64,000 nt of DNA. Origin: Parcubacteria group bacterium M6-OD1-3 (GTDB lineage: Bacteria > Patescibacteriota > Minisyncoccia > Moranbacterales > UBA9337). The notes beneath the pieces were generated by a model. It ran no database searches. It had not been told where the DNA came from and was given only the letters and a program-made list of their open reading frames with translations. The stretch covers positions 70,408 to 134,407 of the forward strand of contig LSNR01000014.1 of the NCBI GenBank assembly GCA_003056165.1, given 5' to 3'. This document shows positions 1-8,663 of the stretch, one piece after another (within the stretch, counting starts at the first letter, position 1; each line of letters opens with the position of its first letter). The translations under genes were made by a program, and so were the position numbers.

Positions 1-257
1 CGTGCCAATTCCAGCGCTTCGCCTGTTGCCGTTAGTCTGATTAAACGACTAATACGAAACAGATGAAATGCATTGGCACCAATAATTGCAAAACCCAAGA
101 TTACAATAAAATTGTGGAAATTGGGAATTGCCGCCTGAATTGCCGCTAGAAAATATCCGCCAAGGATATAAAATGACAGCACTCTGGACATTGATTTTGC
201 TTCCGTCGTTCCGGCAGTTCGTAGTGCTCGGAAGAGCACGCGAAAGGTTTCCAGCAT
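1..257 (-). CDS. Hypothetical membrane protein, partial (runs off the window start)
   Basis: Not in the ORF track. ATG at 257 follows AGGAGG (263-268 on minus strand); open frame MLETFRVLFRALRTAG...LSFYILGGYFLAAIQ...FIVILGFAIIGANAF with two hydrophobic stretches. Confidence 0.75.
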   Translation of the reverse strand, partial: MLETFRVLFRALRTAGTTEAKSMSRVLSFYILGGYFLAAIQAAIPNFHNFIVILGFAIIGANAFHLFRISRLIRLTATGEALELA

Positions 258-268
258 AATAACCTCCT

Positions 269-1015
269 TTATATCGCGCGAAAAATCGCAAAAAGTTTGG
301 CAAACGGATTTGGCCACCACGACATAGACATTGCCCGTTCCCAGTCATTGTTTATTTCTTGATAATAATTCTCAACAGCAGTTGAGGCAGATTGAATGCC
401 TCGCTGAAGTTGCTCAATTTTTTCAAGAAGCAGTGGCCAACCAATTGTTTTTGCCCAGTGATTCAGTTCATCCAGCGTTCCAAAAGGGGCATCTTGCATT
501 ACTCCTGTCATCAGAATATAGGCTTCAAATTCTTGCTCGGTGGAACAAGATAAAACCATATCCTGTAGAATGGAAACTCCCGGACGAATATATTCCGGAT
601 CGGGAATTTTTTTTGCGGATACCGTTTTTGCGGAGCCGTCTTTTTTTTCAACGGTTACGAAACCGCGACCGACGGCATCCATAGCAATAATCAAGCGAAA
701 ATGCTTGATATATTCGGTGCCGTTGACAGTATCTTCATACTCCAAATCGTTAATCACTTTTTGGAGCATTTTCCATTTCGCTTTGGAGCCAACTTTTTTC
801 TCGGATGACCGATCTCCGTTTTCCCATTTGGAAATGCTGAAAATATAGGAAAAAAGATGCTCGTCGTCCAACCCCTTGGGCTTGAGTCCGGTTTTGATAA
901 ATTCTTGAACAACCTCATGACCGGCGCCACCGACAATGGCGCGCCAGGCGCGAGTTAACCAGCGAAAAAAAACACCTTCTGTGATAGCTTCTGTTAAAAA
1001 TCCACCAATAGCCAT
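269..1015 (-). CDS. Hypothetical protein (248 aa)
   Basis: Long ORF with AGGAGG upstream; stop abuts the RBS of the next gene; no recognised family. Confidence 0.75.
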   Translation of the reverse strand: MAIGGFLTEAITEGVFFRWLTRAWRAIVGGAGHEVVQEFIKTGLKPKGLDDEHLFSYIFSISKWENGDRSSEKKVGSKAKWKMLQKVINDLEYEDTVNGTEYIKHFRLIIAMDAVGRGFVTVEKKDGSAKTVSAKKIPDPEYIRPGVSILQDMVLSCSTEQEFEAYILMTGVMQDAPFGTLDELNHWAKTIGWPLLLEKIEQLQRGIQSASTAVENYYQEINNDWERAMSMSWWPNPFAKLFAIFRAI

Positions 1016-1271
1016 AATATATCCTCCTGAATAGTTTTCATTACCACATTGATAATATAAGTTTATATTGTCAAAGAGCCGGTGAGGCTCGTTATTGATT
1101 GCCTCTGTTGTTGATATGCAGTATAGATATAGGTAGCATATTAACGGCTTATATTAGTACATTATTGTTGTTTTGTCAATCCATTTGAAGCTAAGTGTCG
1201 GAGGGTGCGATGTGATATTATAGTTAATACTATACATAGTGTTATTATGAGTATTGTTAATATTTTTTTGA

Positions 1272-1299
1272 TTGACAAAGATTGTTCTTCTGTTATGAT
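1272..1299 (+). promoter_or_regulatory. Sigma70-type promoter upstream of greA
   Basis: TTGACA-N16-TATGAT with TG extended -10. Confidence 0.6.
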
Positions 1300-1411
1300 T
1301 GGTGAGGAAAGATAAAAATAACTGCCAGGGCGGTCTTTTTTATTTCTTAATTAATTCACTAGACTCCTTACAAAGTTAATTTTGCGAGAAGTCTGTTTAA
1401 ATAAAAAATAA

Positions 1412-1870
1412 ATGACTAAATTAGTTACAGAAGAAGGATTAAAAAAACTTAAAGATGAATTAGCAAATAGAAAAATAAAAATCCGTCAAGAAATAGCCGG
1501 TGCTATTAAAGAAGCAAAAGAGCAGGGTGACTTGAGTGAAAATGCTGAATATAGTGAAGCGAAACGACAACAAGCAGAAAATGAGTCAAGAATAGCTAAC
1601 TTAGAAGCAATGGTTAAAAATTATCAAGTTGTAGAAAGCAATGGTAAATCAACTGGAATAGTGGAGATCAGTTCAGATGTAAAAGTAAAATTTGATGGTA
1701 AAGAGATAACTTTTCATATTGTAGGAGCCAGCGAAGCTGATCCTTCCAGTTTTAAAATTTCCAATGAATCACCAATGGGAAAAGCTTTTATGGGAAAGAA
1801 GAGGGGTGATATTGCTGAGGTGGAAGCTCCAGGGGGAATAGTAAAATATAAAATCTTGGAAGTAAATTAA
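1412..1870 (+). CDS. greA: Transcription elongation factor GreA
   Basis: GDLSENAEYSEAK and ISNESPMGKA motifs. Confidence 0.97.
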   Translation: MTKLVTEEGLKKLKDELANRKIKIRQEIAGAIKEAKEQGDLSENAEYSEAKRQQAENESRIANLEAMVKNYQVVESNGKSTGIVEISSDVKVKFDGKEITFHIVGASEADPSSFKISNESPMGKAFMGKKRGDIAEVEAPGGIVKYKILEVN

Positions 1871-1903
1871 AAATTAAAAATTTCTTGGAATTTAAAATTT
1901 AAG

Positions 1904-1931
1904 AAAGACTATTTTAAGATAGTCTTTTTTT
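1904..1931 (+). terminator. Intrinsic terminator after greA
   Basis: aaagactat-tttaag-atagtcttt stem followed by T-run. Confidence 0.7.
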
Positions 1932-2002
1932 GATTGTTTCGGTAAATATAATTTAGTTTCTGGTACGATTTTAGATAGGATTTTAAATATTAAATAATTT
2001 AC

Positions 2003-2126
2003 TTATCCACAAACTAATTCTAAAAAAGACTTTGTGAATTATTTGTGATATGATATGATACTAAGAAATAAAGTAACTTCATTTAAATTTTAAAATAAAA
2101 CATAAAAATAAAATATAAAAAATATG
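2003..2126 (+). repeat. Duplicated upstream/promoter region, copy 1 (copy 2 at 5647-5763), starting with TTATCCACA
   Basis: Shared blocks ttatccaca, aaaaaagactt, attatttgtgatatg, ataaagtaacttcatttaaattttaaaataaaa, aaaaatATG. Confidence 0.9.
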
Positions 2127-3593
2127 AAAAAAATAGTGATAATTGCCATTATTGCCGTTGCGACGATGTTTTCCTTCGGTGGAATAAATGTTGTTTATGG
2201 CGGAGACACATCTATTGATAGTAGTGGTAATGTAATTTACAATTATAATGACAATAGTTCGCCGAAGAAAGTCAATAGCTATGTTAAAGATCCTATTGGT
2301 TGGGGAGGGGGGATCGGTGAGGGTGATAAGGGAAAAACCGGTGTTAATTGTTTTGATTATTATAGATTTCAAAGCGTTCAAGTAAATGTCGGTTCGGATG
2401 CTGATAGTTATAATGCTGGAGATGAAGTTAAGTTTATCGGTAATCTTGTAAATGAAAATAATCAACCGATTGTTAATGGAAATGTTTTTGTTCGTATTTC
2501 TCGAAAAAATAATGAGCATCCGGAAGACTGGGGTTATATAGTAGATGAATTTTTTGCTTTAGATAATATTGTTTTAAAAGCAAACGAAAGAAAAGAGGTG
2601 AGTTTCAGCTGGCATATTCCCAAGGGCACGACAGCTGGTAATTATCGGGCAAATTATTTTTTCACAGTTGGTAAAAAATTTAATTTAGGGGGATTATCTT
2701 TTTCTAATGAAGTTATTATCGGTTCCTCAAGTTTTGTTATTGAATCTCAAAACCATAATTATGTTCAGTTTGACAGATCAAAGACTAAGATTAATGAAAA
2801 AAAATATTTGCATGTAGGCAGTTTGCCGATTATAGATAAGGGTCAGTCTCCTGTACTTACCCAGATGATTGACAATACTTTCAGTGAGAATAAAGATGTA
2901 AAAATGACTTATGATTTATATTATTGGGATGGATTGAATGATGAAAATAAAATTGATTCTAAGACTGAGAATATAAATCTTTCGGCAAATTCAAAAAAGG
3001 AAATAAAATACACTTTCCCCTCAATGAATGTCAGTGTATACTTTCTAAGAGTTACTGCTGAGTATGATAATCAAAAATCAATTATAAATATTCGTTTAGC
3101 GAGCAAACAAGAGCGTCCAAGGCTCAATTATCCGGCGATTGTTTCTTTTCCGATTAAAAAAGGAGATAAGGAGATATTATATAGCTGTTTTCATAATACA
3201 TCAAATGTAAATACACAAGGAAAAGTTATTGTTACTTTAATTGACGAAGAGGGAAAAAAAGTGGCGCAGATTAATCATGAAGGAGAAATTCCTTCAGCAA
3301 TGTCAGCTGATAAAGTTGAATTTATTGCCAAAAAAAATTATCAAAAATTAAATTTGAAAGCAGAGGTTTATGATAAAAATGATAAGTTGGTCGATAGTTA
3401 TCAGACAACTTATGATTGCGCTGATTTTGATGCTTGCGACAATAAGAACAATAAAAACAATAATTCTGCTATCAACAGAATGAGAGATAGTTCCGTAAAA
3501 GTATGGTTGATTTTGTTAGTGATATTATTTGTAGTCATATCAGTTAGCACTCTTATTGTAGTTATCATTAAGAATAAAAATAAAAAGCGATAA
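2124..3593 (+). CDS. Exported, C-terminally membrane-anchored protein with Ig-like beta-sandwich repeats
   Basis: N-terminal signal peptide, beta-rich body, C-terminal TM helix with basic tail (KNKNKKR). Confidence 0.8.
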   Translation: MKKIVIIAIIAVATMFSFGGINVVYGGDTSIDSSGNVIYNYNDNSSPKKVNSYVKDPIGWGGGIGEGDKGKTGVNCFDYYRFQSVQVNVGSDADSYNAGDEVKFIGNLVNENNQPIVNGNVFVRISRKNNEHPEDWGYIVDEFFALDNIVLKANERKEVSFSWHIPKGTTAGNYRANYFFTVGKKFNLGGLSFSNEVIIGSSSFVIESQNHNYVQFDRSKTKINEKKYLHVGSLPIIDKGQSPVLTQMIDNTFSENKDVKMTYDLYYWDGLNDENKIDSKTENINLSANSKKEIKYTFPSMNVSVYFLRVTAEYDNQKSIINIRLASKQERPRLNYPAIVSFPIKKGDKEILYSCFHNTSNVNTQGKVIVTLIDEEGKKVAQINHEGEIPSAMSADKVEFIAKKNYQKLNLKAEVYDKNDKLVDSYQTTYDCADFDACDNKNNKNNNSAINRMRDSSVKVWLILLVILFVVISVSTLIVVIIKNKNKKR

Positions 3594-3832
3594 TTGATAA
3601 AGTGATAAAAGCAGTATTGAGTGAATTTGAAAGTATATTATTTTTTTGAGGAGGATTTTGTCTCAAGTGAATTTGCAGAGAACGATTATTTATTAAATTA
3701 AAAATTGCTTAGATTTTAATTGATGAGAGTTAGTATATGTGAACAAAGAGTTTTATAAGATAAATATGTTTTGGATTAAACAAAAGAAATTGTTTTTGAG
3801 ATTAAAAAATAAATAATTCACTAATAAAAAAT

Positions 3833-5566
3833 ATGATAAAAAAATATTACAAAAAAATTTTGTTAAGCGTTGCAACGATAGCATTTTTAAGCGCATTAAG
3901 CGTTCCGAGCGCTATGGCGGTTTCTTCGTCTTGCAGTTATGTGCATAATCAGACATGTTGTGGGAATGGAGCAAAAACATTGGCAACCGGAACAGTTACT
4001 ATTAACCATGATATTTCTATACATGGTGGAAATAAGACTAATTTTTCTGTAGGAGATATTATCGTATTTGATTATTCTTGGGATGGAAGTTTCACAGCTA
4101 CAGGTGGATATTGGGACACCCCAACAGTTTTTAAATGTTCAACATGGAACGGTTGCTTTTCTTCATTTGTTGGCGCGACTAAGTCTAATCATTATACTCA
4201 AAAAATAGTAGATGATAACGGCCGGATAGGATATGTTCAATGGCAAGCGGACGAGCATAGTAATGCGGGAATTTCGGCTTCTTCATCTGACAATAGTGTA
4301 GTAGCTTGCACCGGAGTAATTTGCGCTGTCCTGGGAAACGGAAATGCAACAATAACTGTGACCGCATCTTCAGTGTGGGTAAGGCTTTTTTCTGAGATTT
4401 TTAGCGATGTTTCTCCATCTGGATGGTATGCATCTTTAGCGCCGGAAGGCTTTATAGATGTTCCTGGAAAAGGATATATTATCGGAAATAGTAAGCTTGA
4501 TGATGGATGCATTATAAGAAATATGAAAAGCCCATATACTACACTTTCGAATACTGGTAATTACAAAGGTTTAAGAATTCCAAGCAAGAGTGAAATGTTT
4601 ACGGTTAATACCCCTTCCACCCCCCTTCCCAAAACTAAACCGTCAACCACAATCACTGCACCAACTAAATTTGCTCCAACTGATCCTTACGATCTCATTT
4701 CTCTAGAAGGTCAAAATATTGACTTCAAAGGGACAAATACTGTAGGAAGCGGAGGAGGATCTACAGATAGATATGTTTGGGTAGATATAGACTTAAATAA
4801 AACAAATAGTCCCTCATATTTAGGTACAGATTGTCGAGCAGTGGATGGAGTAGATACAAATGGAGATGGTACTGTTGATATTAACGATTTATTACGCTTT
4901 GATTATATATATCCTAATTTCTCCACTAGTAGTCTATCACTCGGTGATCATAAAATATGCTTTAGTGTTAGACAAAAATATGCCGATGGAACAGTTGCTT
5001 GGGCTAATCCCATTGATAATGTTGATATAAAAATTACTTCTGCTACGCCCCCTCCAACCGTCGACTTAAAAATAAACGGAAGTGATAATCCAATCTCGGT
5101 CTCAAATGGTAGTGATTTAAACCTTACTTGGACAACAAGTGATGCCACATCTTGCTCAGTAATAAATGGTATTGGCTGGAATAATCCTAGCCCAAATATT
5201 CCAAATGGAAATAATAAGGTTACAGCTTCAACAGATTCAGCTTATACACTTTCTTGTATTGGGCCAGGAGGAACTGGAAATGATAGTGTATCGGTTCAAG
5301 TAACTTCTTCTTGTACTCCAAATTATACATATTCATGCATATCGACTAATAGTGTTGATTGTAATAAACCTAGTAATTGTGGATTAAGCAACACTCCAAC
5401 GAATTCTTGTCTAGCCTCTGATACTAATGGCTGTGTGCCTCCAGCAAACAAGCCACTTTCTGATTGTGAAACTGCCAATGGTGTTGGTACCTGTCCAGCA
5501 ACCGGAACAACAGTTGCTTGTCCAGCTTGTGCTAATGAATCTAATTGGGTAGAAGTAAATCCTTAG
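3833..5566 (+). CDS. Secreted Cys/Thr/Ser-rich protein (PKD/Ig-like modules, Cys-rich tail ending ESNWVEVNP); putative adhesin
   Basis: Signal peptide ending AMA; YTLSCIGPGG motif; paralogous to the C-terminal half of 5761..8496. Confidence 0.8.
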   Translation: MIKKYYKKILLSVATIAFLSALSVPSAMAVSSSCSYVHNQTCCGNGAKTLATGTVTINHDISIHGGNKTNFSVGDIIVFDYSWDGSFTATGGYWDTPTVFKCSTWNGCFSSFVGATKSNHYTQKIVDDNGRIGYVQWQADEHSNAGISASSSDNSVVACTGVICAVLGNGNATITVTASSVWVRLFSEIFSDVSPSGWYASLAPEGFIDVPGKGYIIGNSKLDDGCIIRNMKSPYTTLSNTGNYKGLRIPSKSEMFTVNTPSTPLPKTKPSTTITAPTKFAPTDPYDLISLEGQNIDFKGTNTVGSGGGSTDRYVWVDIDLNKTNSPSYLGTDCRAVDGVDTNGDGTVDINDLLRFDYIYPNFSTSSLSLGDHKICFSVRQKYADGTVAWANPIDNVDIKITSATPPPTVDLKINGSDNPISVSNGSDLNLTWTTSDATSCSVINGIGWNNPSPNIPNGNNKVTASTDSAYTLSCIGPGGTGNDSVSVQVTSSCTPNYTYSCISTNSVDCNKPSNCGLSNTPTNSCLASDTNGCVPPANKPLSDCETANGVGTCPATGTTVACPACANESNWVEVNP

Positions 5567-5646
5567 TTTTGAGTGAATTTAAATACAAATAAAATAACCG
5601 CAATAAAAACAACTTTAAATAAGTTGTTTTTATTGTAAAAAATATT

Positions 5647-5763
5647 TTATCCACAGATAACTTTTAAAAAAGACTTGGTGCATTATTTGTGATATGGTAA
5701 TATATTAAAAGATAAAGTAACTTCATTTAAATTTTAAAATAAAATATAAAAAATAAAAATATG
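5647..5763 (+). repeat. Duplicated upstream/promoter region, copy 2
   Basis: Matches 2003-2126. Confidence 0.9.
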
Positions 5764-8496
5764 AACAAAATAAAACAAGGTGCACTTATTGTATTTGGAA
5801 TGCTTTTTGTTATGGTTCCGTTAGTTAATTTGGTTTATGCACAAACAAATGAGGATATTGTTGGTTCAACTGTTGGAATGGATCAAGAGAATAGTCCTGT
5901 TGATGAAGACATAACGGTTAATAATGAAAACATAATTATACTAGCAAATGTAAATATCTGGGATGCGAAGATAAGCAATCAAGATGGAAATAAATTAACA
6001 ATAGACCTCGATATTAATAATGGTATTGGAAAATCTCAACCTAATATTAGATACGCAATTCAATTATTTGATAAAGGTAATGAGTCAAGAAAATTAGTTT
6101 CGGAAAAAGTATTTTCAGATGTTGTTAATGTTCCAGAAAATACCACTATACATAAAACAGTTAGCTATGTAGCTCCAGAATATCTCAAAGGAGATTTTGA
6201 TGTAGATATAATAAGTGAAAGTAGCGGAGGACTTCCATTGGGTGGCACTACTGCTGGGAGTATAACTCTTGATGGGTCTGGCGAGTACATCGATATTCAA
6301 AATGAGAGTTGTTTCTTAACTATCAAAAATAGTTCTGATAAAAAGAAGTATACTCTTCAGGACAGTATATCTATTGAGAAAAATCAAGAAGCTGTTATCT
6401 CTTGCGATATTAAAAGTAATTTTAAGAAAAATGAAAAAGTTATCCCATATATAAATATCTATCAAAGAGATTATTTTGGAAAAAAAATAAGAGAAGAAAA
6501 AGGAGAAGCTATAGAATTAGCACCTGGCAAAACAAAAACAGCGATATTTAACTTATCTGGAGTAGATAAGCCCCAAAGTTATGATGTAGTTGTTATGTTT
6601 AAAAAAGATGGTGATGTGGTAAATACCTCTGATGACACAAATAATATAATCTCTAACAAAATATTCTTTAGATATATTGTAGCTGGGATGGGTGCTAGTA
6701 TTCAAAATATTAGATTATCAAAAGATTACTATCAAAAGGGAGATTCCGCTGTAGTAGTATTAAATTGGTTGAAAAATGTGAATAAGCTTTCTGGGCCTGA
6801 AATAACTACAACCGAAGAACCTTCAATTATAGCAGAGGTAAATATTAAATCCTCTGATGGTAAAAAATGTGCTGAAGCAGTGAGAGAAAAAATGAATGAG
6901 ACAAGTCAAATGAAAAATGTGGCTGTAGTTATTCCAATAGTAAATGATTGTCTCAATCCTAGCGGAACTGTTAAACTGGTAGCAGAGGACGGAACGATTT
7001 TTGATCAGCAAGAATTTCAAATTAAAAGTAATTCTACATTCCAACCAAAAAAAGATTTTGAAAAAAATAATGAAAAAAAATTATCAATCCAAAAAATAAT
7101 GGCGATAGGTGTAACTATATTAGGAATAATAGTTATAGTTGGATTAATTGTTATTGTTATCAGACGGAATAAAAAAAGTGGTGGTATGATGAGCTTGTTG
7201 TTAATTTTATTAACAGCTGGTATTGTTTTTTCAACGAAAAATGTTGAGGCTACGACATTTAGCGCCTCAGTTCCTGGATTGGGTTTTGGTATTCCTATTA
7301 CTGTACAAATGAATAAAAGTGTCTATAGACCGAGAGAAAATGCTACTTTATCAATGCGTGTTAATGGTTCCGTCGTAGGCACAGCTATGTTTCTCAAGCA
7401 TTCTAGATATAATTTTTCTGCTAGTTTTAATGGTCATAGTTTAAGCAGACCAGGGAGCGTCAGTGGTTCAGTAGAAAGTAGATCAGGTAGATATAATGCT
7501 GGCGTCAGTGCATATGAGTCAATATGTAGACTTACCTGGTTAAATACATGTAATTGGGGGTCATCATCAAGAATTTTTAGCGGAAGTGTTCCCTATACGG
7601 TCAGAAGCGTACCAAGACCGCCGGCTAAAACCAATCCGAGAGCGATAATTGATGTTCCATCTAATAATTCCACATTTCAGCAAGGACAACGGATAACTTT
7701 TGCTGGACATGGTGTATTAGGAACTGGAGGAGGTAGAATTGATGAATATTTTTGGGCTGATGTACGACCAGGAACACCATCGTATAGAGGCACGAGATGT
7801 GCTTGTGCTGATGGCTTTGGAAATAGATGTTTAATAACTAGCGGATCAACATCCACTTACAGAACTACTGGACTTACCGTAGGAAATCATAGGATTTGTT
7901 TTAATGTTAGACAAAGATATACCGATAGAACAGTTGCTTGGGCTAATCCCATTGATAATGTCGATATAAAAATTACAACTCCTCCTCCAATCGTTGACTT
8001 AAAAATCAACGGTAGTGGCGGTCCAATTTCAAATGTTTCATCTGGTGGTGATTTGAGGATTGCTTGGACTGTACAAAATGCCACATCTTGCTTAGTAACA
8101 AGTGGTGATGGATGGACGGGCTCAAAAAATTCATCCCGTGGAAATGATAATGTCTTAGCTTCAACAACTTCAACTTATACACTTTCTTGCACTGGTCCAG
8201 GAGGAACTGGAAGTGATAGTGTTAGAGTGTATATTTGTGTCCCAAATCTTAATTATTCATGTCAGAAAACTAATGATAAGACAAGCTATTGTGCTAATCA
8301 TTGTGGAGAAATATTTACTCAAAAAAATAGATGCTTTGTTTCTGATGGAAATAGTTGTAGTCCACCAGCATCAACAGTAGGTATTAAACGGGCTTCTGTT
8401 TGCGCAAATCATAATACAACTTGTTCAGCAACTGAGCCAGGTGTTTCTTGTCCAGCTTGCGCTAATGAATCTAATTGGATTGAAATAAAGCCTTAG
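5761..8496 (+). CDS. 911-aa fusion: Ig-like anchored domain, TM, internal signal peptide, secreted Cys-rich adhesin-like domain ending ESNWIEIKP
   Basis: N-half aligns by eye with 2124..3593; C-half shares near-identical blocks with 3833..5566. Confidence 0.85.
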   Translation: MNKIKQGALIVFGMLFVMVPLVNLVYAQTNEDIVGSTVGMDQENSPVDEDITVNNENIIILANVNIWDAKISNQDGNKLTIDLDINNGIGKSQPNIRYAIQLFDKGNESRKLVSEKVFSDVVNVPENTTIHKTVSYVAPEYLKGDFDVDIISESSGGLPLGGTTAGSITLDGSGEYIDIQNESCFLTIKNSSDKKKYTLQDSISIEKNQEAVISCDIKSNFKKNEKVIPYINIYQRDYFGKKIREEKGEAIELAPGKTKTAIFNLSGVDKPQSYDVVVMFKKDGDVVNTSDDTNNIISNKIFFRYIVAGMGASIQNIRLSKDYYQKGDSAVVVLNWLKNVNKLSGPEITTTEEPSIIAEVNIKSSDGKKCAEAVREKMNETSQMKNVAVVIPIVNDCLNPSGTVKLVAEDGTIFDQQEFQIKSNSTFQPKKDFEKNNEKKLSIQKIMAIGVTILGIIVIVGLIVIVIRRNKKSGGMMSLLLILLTAGIVFSTKNVEATTFSASVPGLGFGIPITVQMNKSVYRPRENATLSMRVNGSVVGTAMFLKHSRYNFSASFNGHSLSRPGSVSGSVESRSGRYNAGVSAYESICRLTWLNTCNWGSSSRIFSGSVPYTVRSVPRPPAKTNPRAIIDVPSNNSTFQQGQRITFAGHGVLGTGGGRIDEYFWADVRPGTPSYRGTRCACADGFGNRCLITSGSTSTYRTTGLTVGNHRICFNVRQRYTDRTVAWANPIDNVDIKITTPPPIVDLKINGSGGPISNVSSGGDLRIAWTVQNATSCLVTSGDGWTGSKNSSRGNDNVLASTTSTYTLSCTGPGGTGSDSVRVYICVPNLNYSCQKTNDKTSYCANHCGEIFTQKNRCFVSDGNSCSPPASTVGIKRASVCANHNTTCSATEPGVSCPACANESNWIEIKP

Positions 8497-8663
8497 TTTT
8501 GAGTGATTGATATTAGATATAATAATTGAAACTTGACTCAAAAAGAAGAGACAGTTTAAATAATATTGAAGCTGTCTTTTTTTTGAAAATGTAGTATAAT
8601 AAAGTTAGAATCAAAAAAGTTTTATTGATAATGATTTAATAAAAATAAAATAAAAATAAATAT

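Noticed and set aside
3594-3832. Decayed internal signal peptide between genes A and B
   Set aside because: Hydrophobic-looking bits (ILFF, FVSSEFA) occur only across different frames with stops; too weak to support.
2003-5655. Replication origin from DnaA boxes
   Set aside because: Only two isolated boxes 3.6 kb apart, explained by the duplication; no box cluster, no dnaA/dnaN, and no strand switch.
3833-8496. Diversity-generating retroelement TR/VR pair
   Set aside because: Differences between the repeated blocks are not adenine-specific, both copies are coding, and no reverse transcriptase is in the window.
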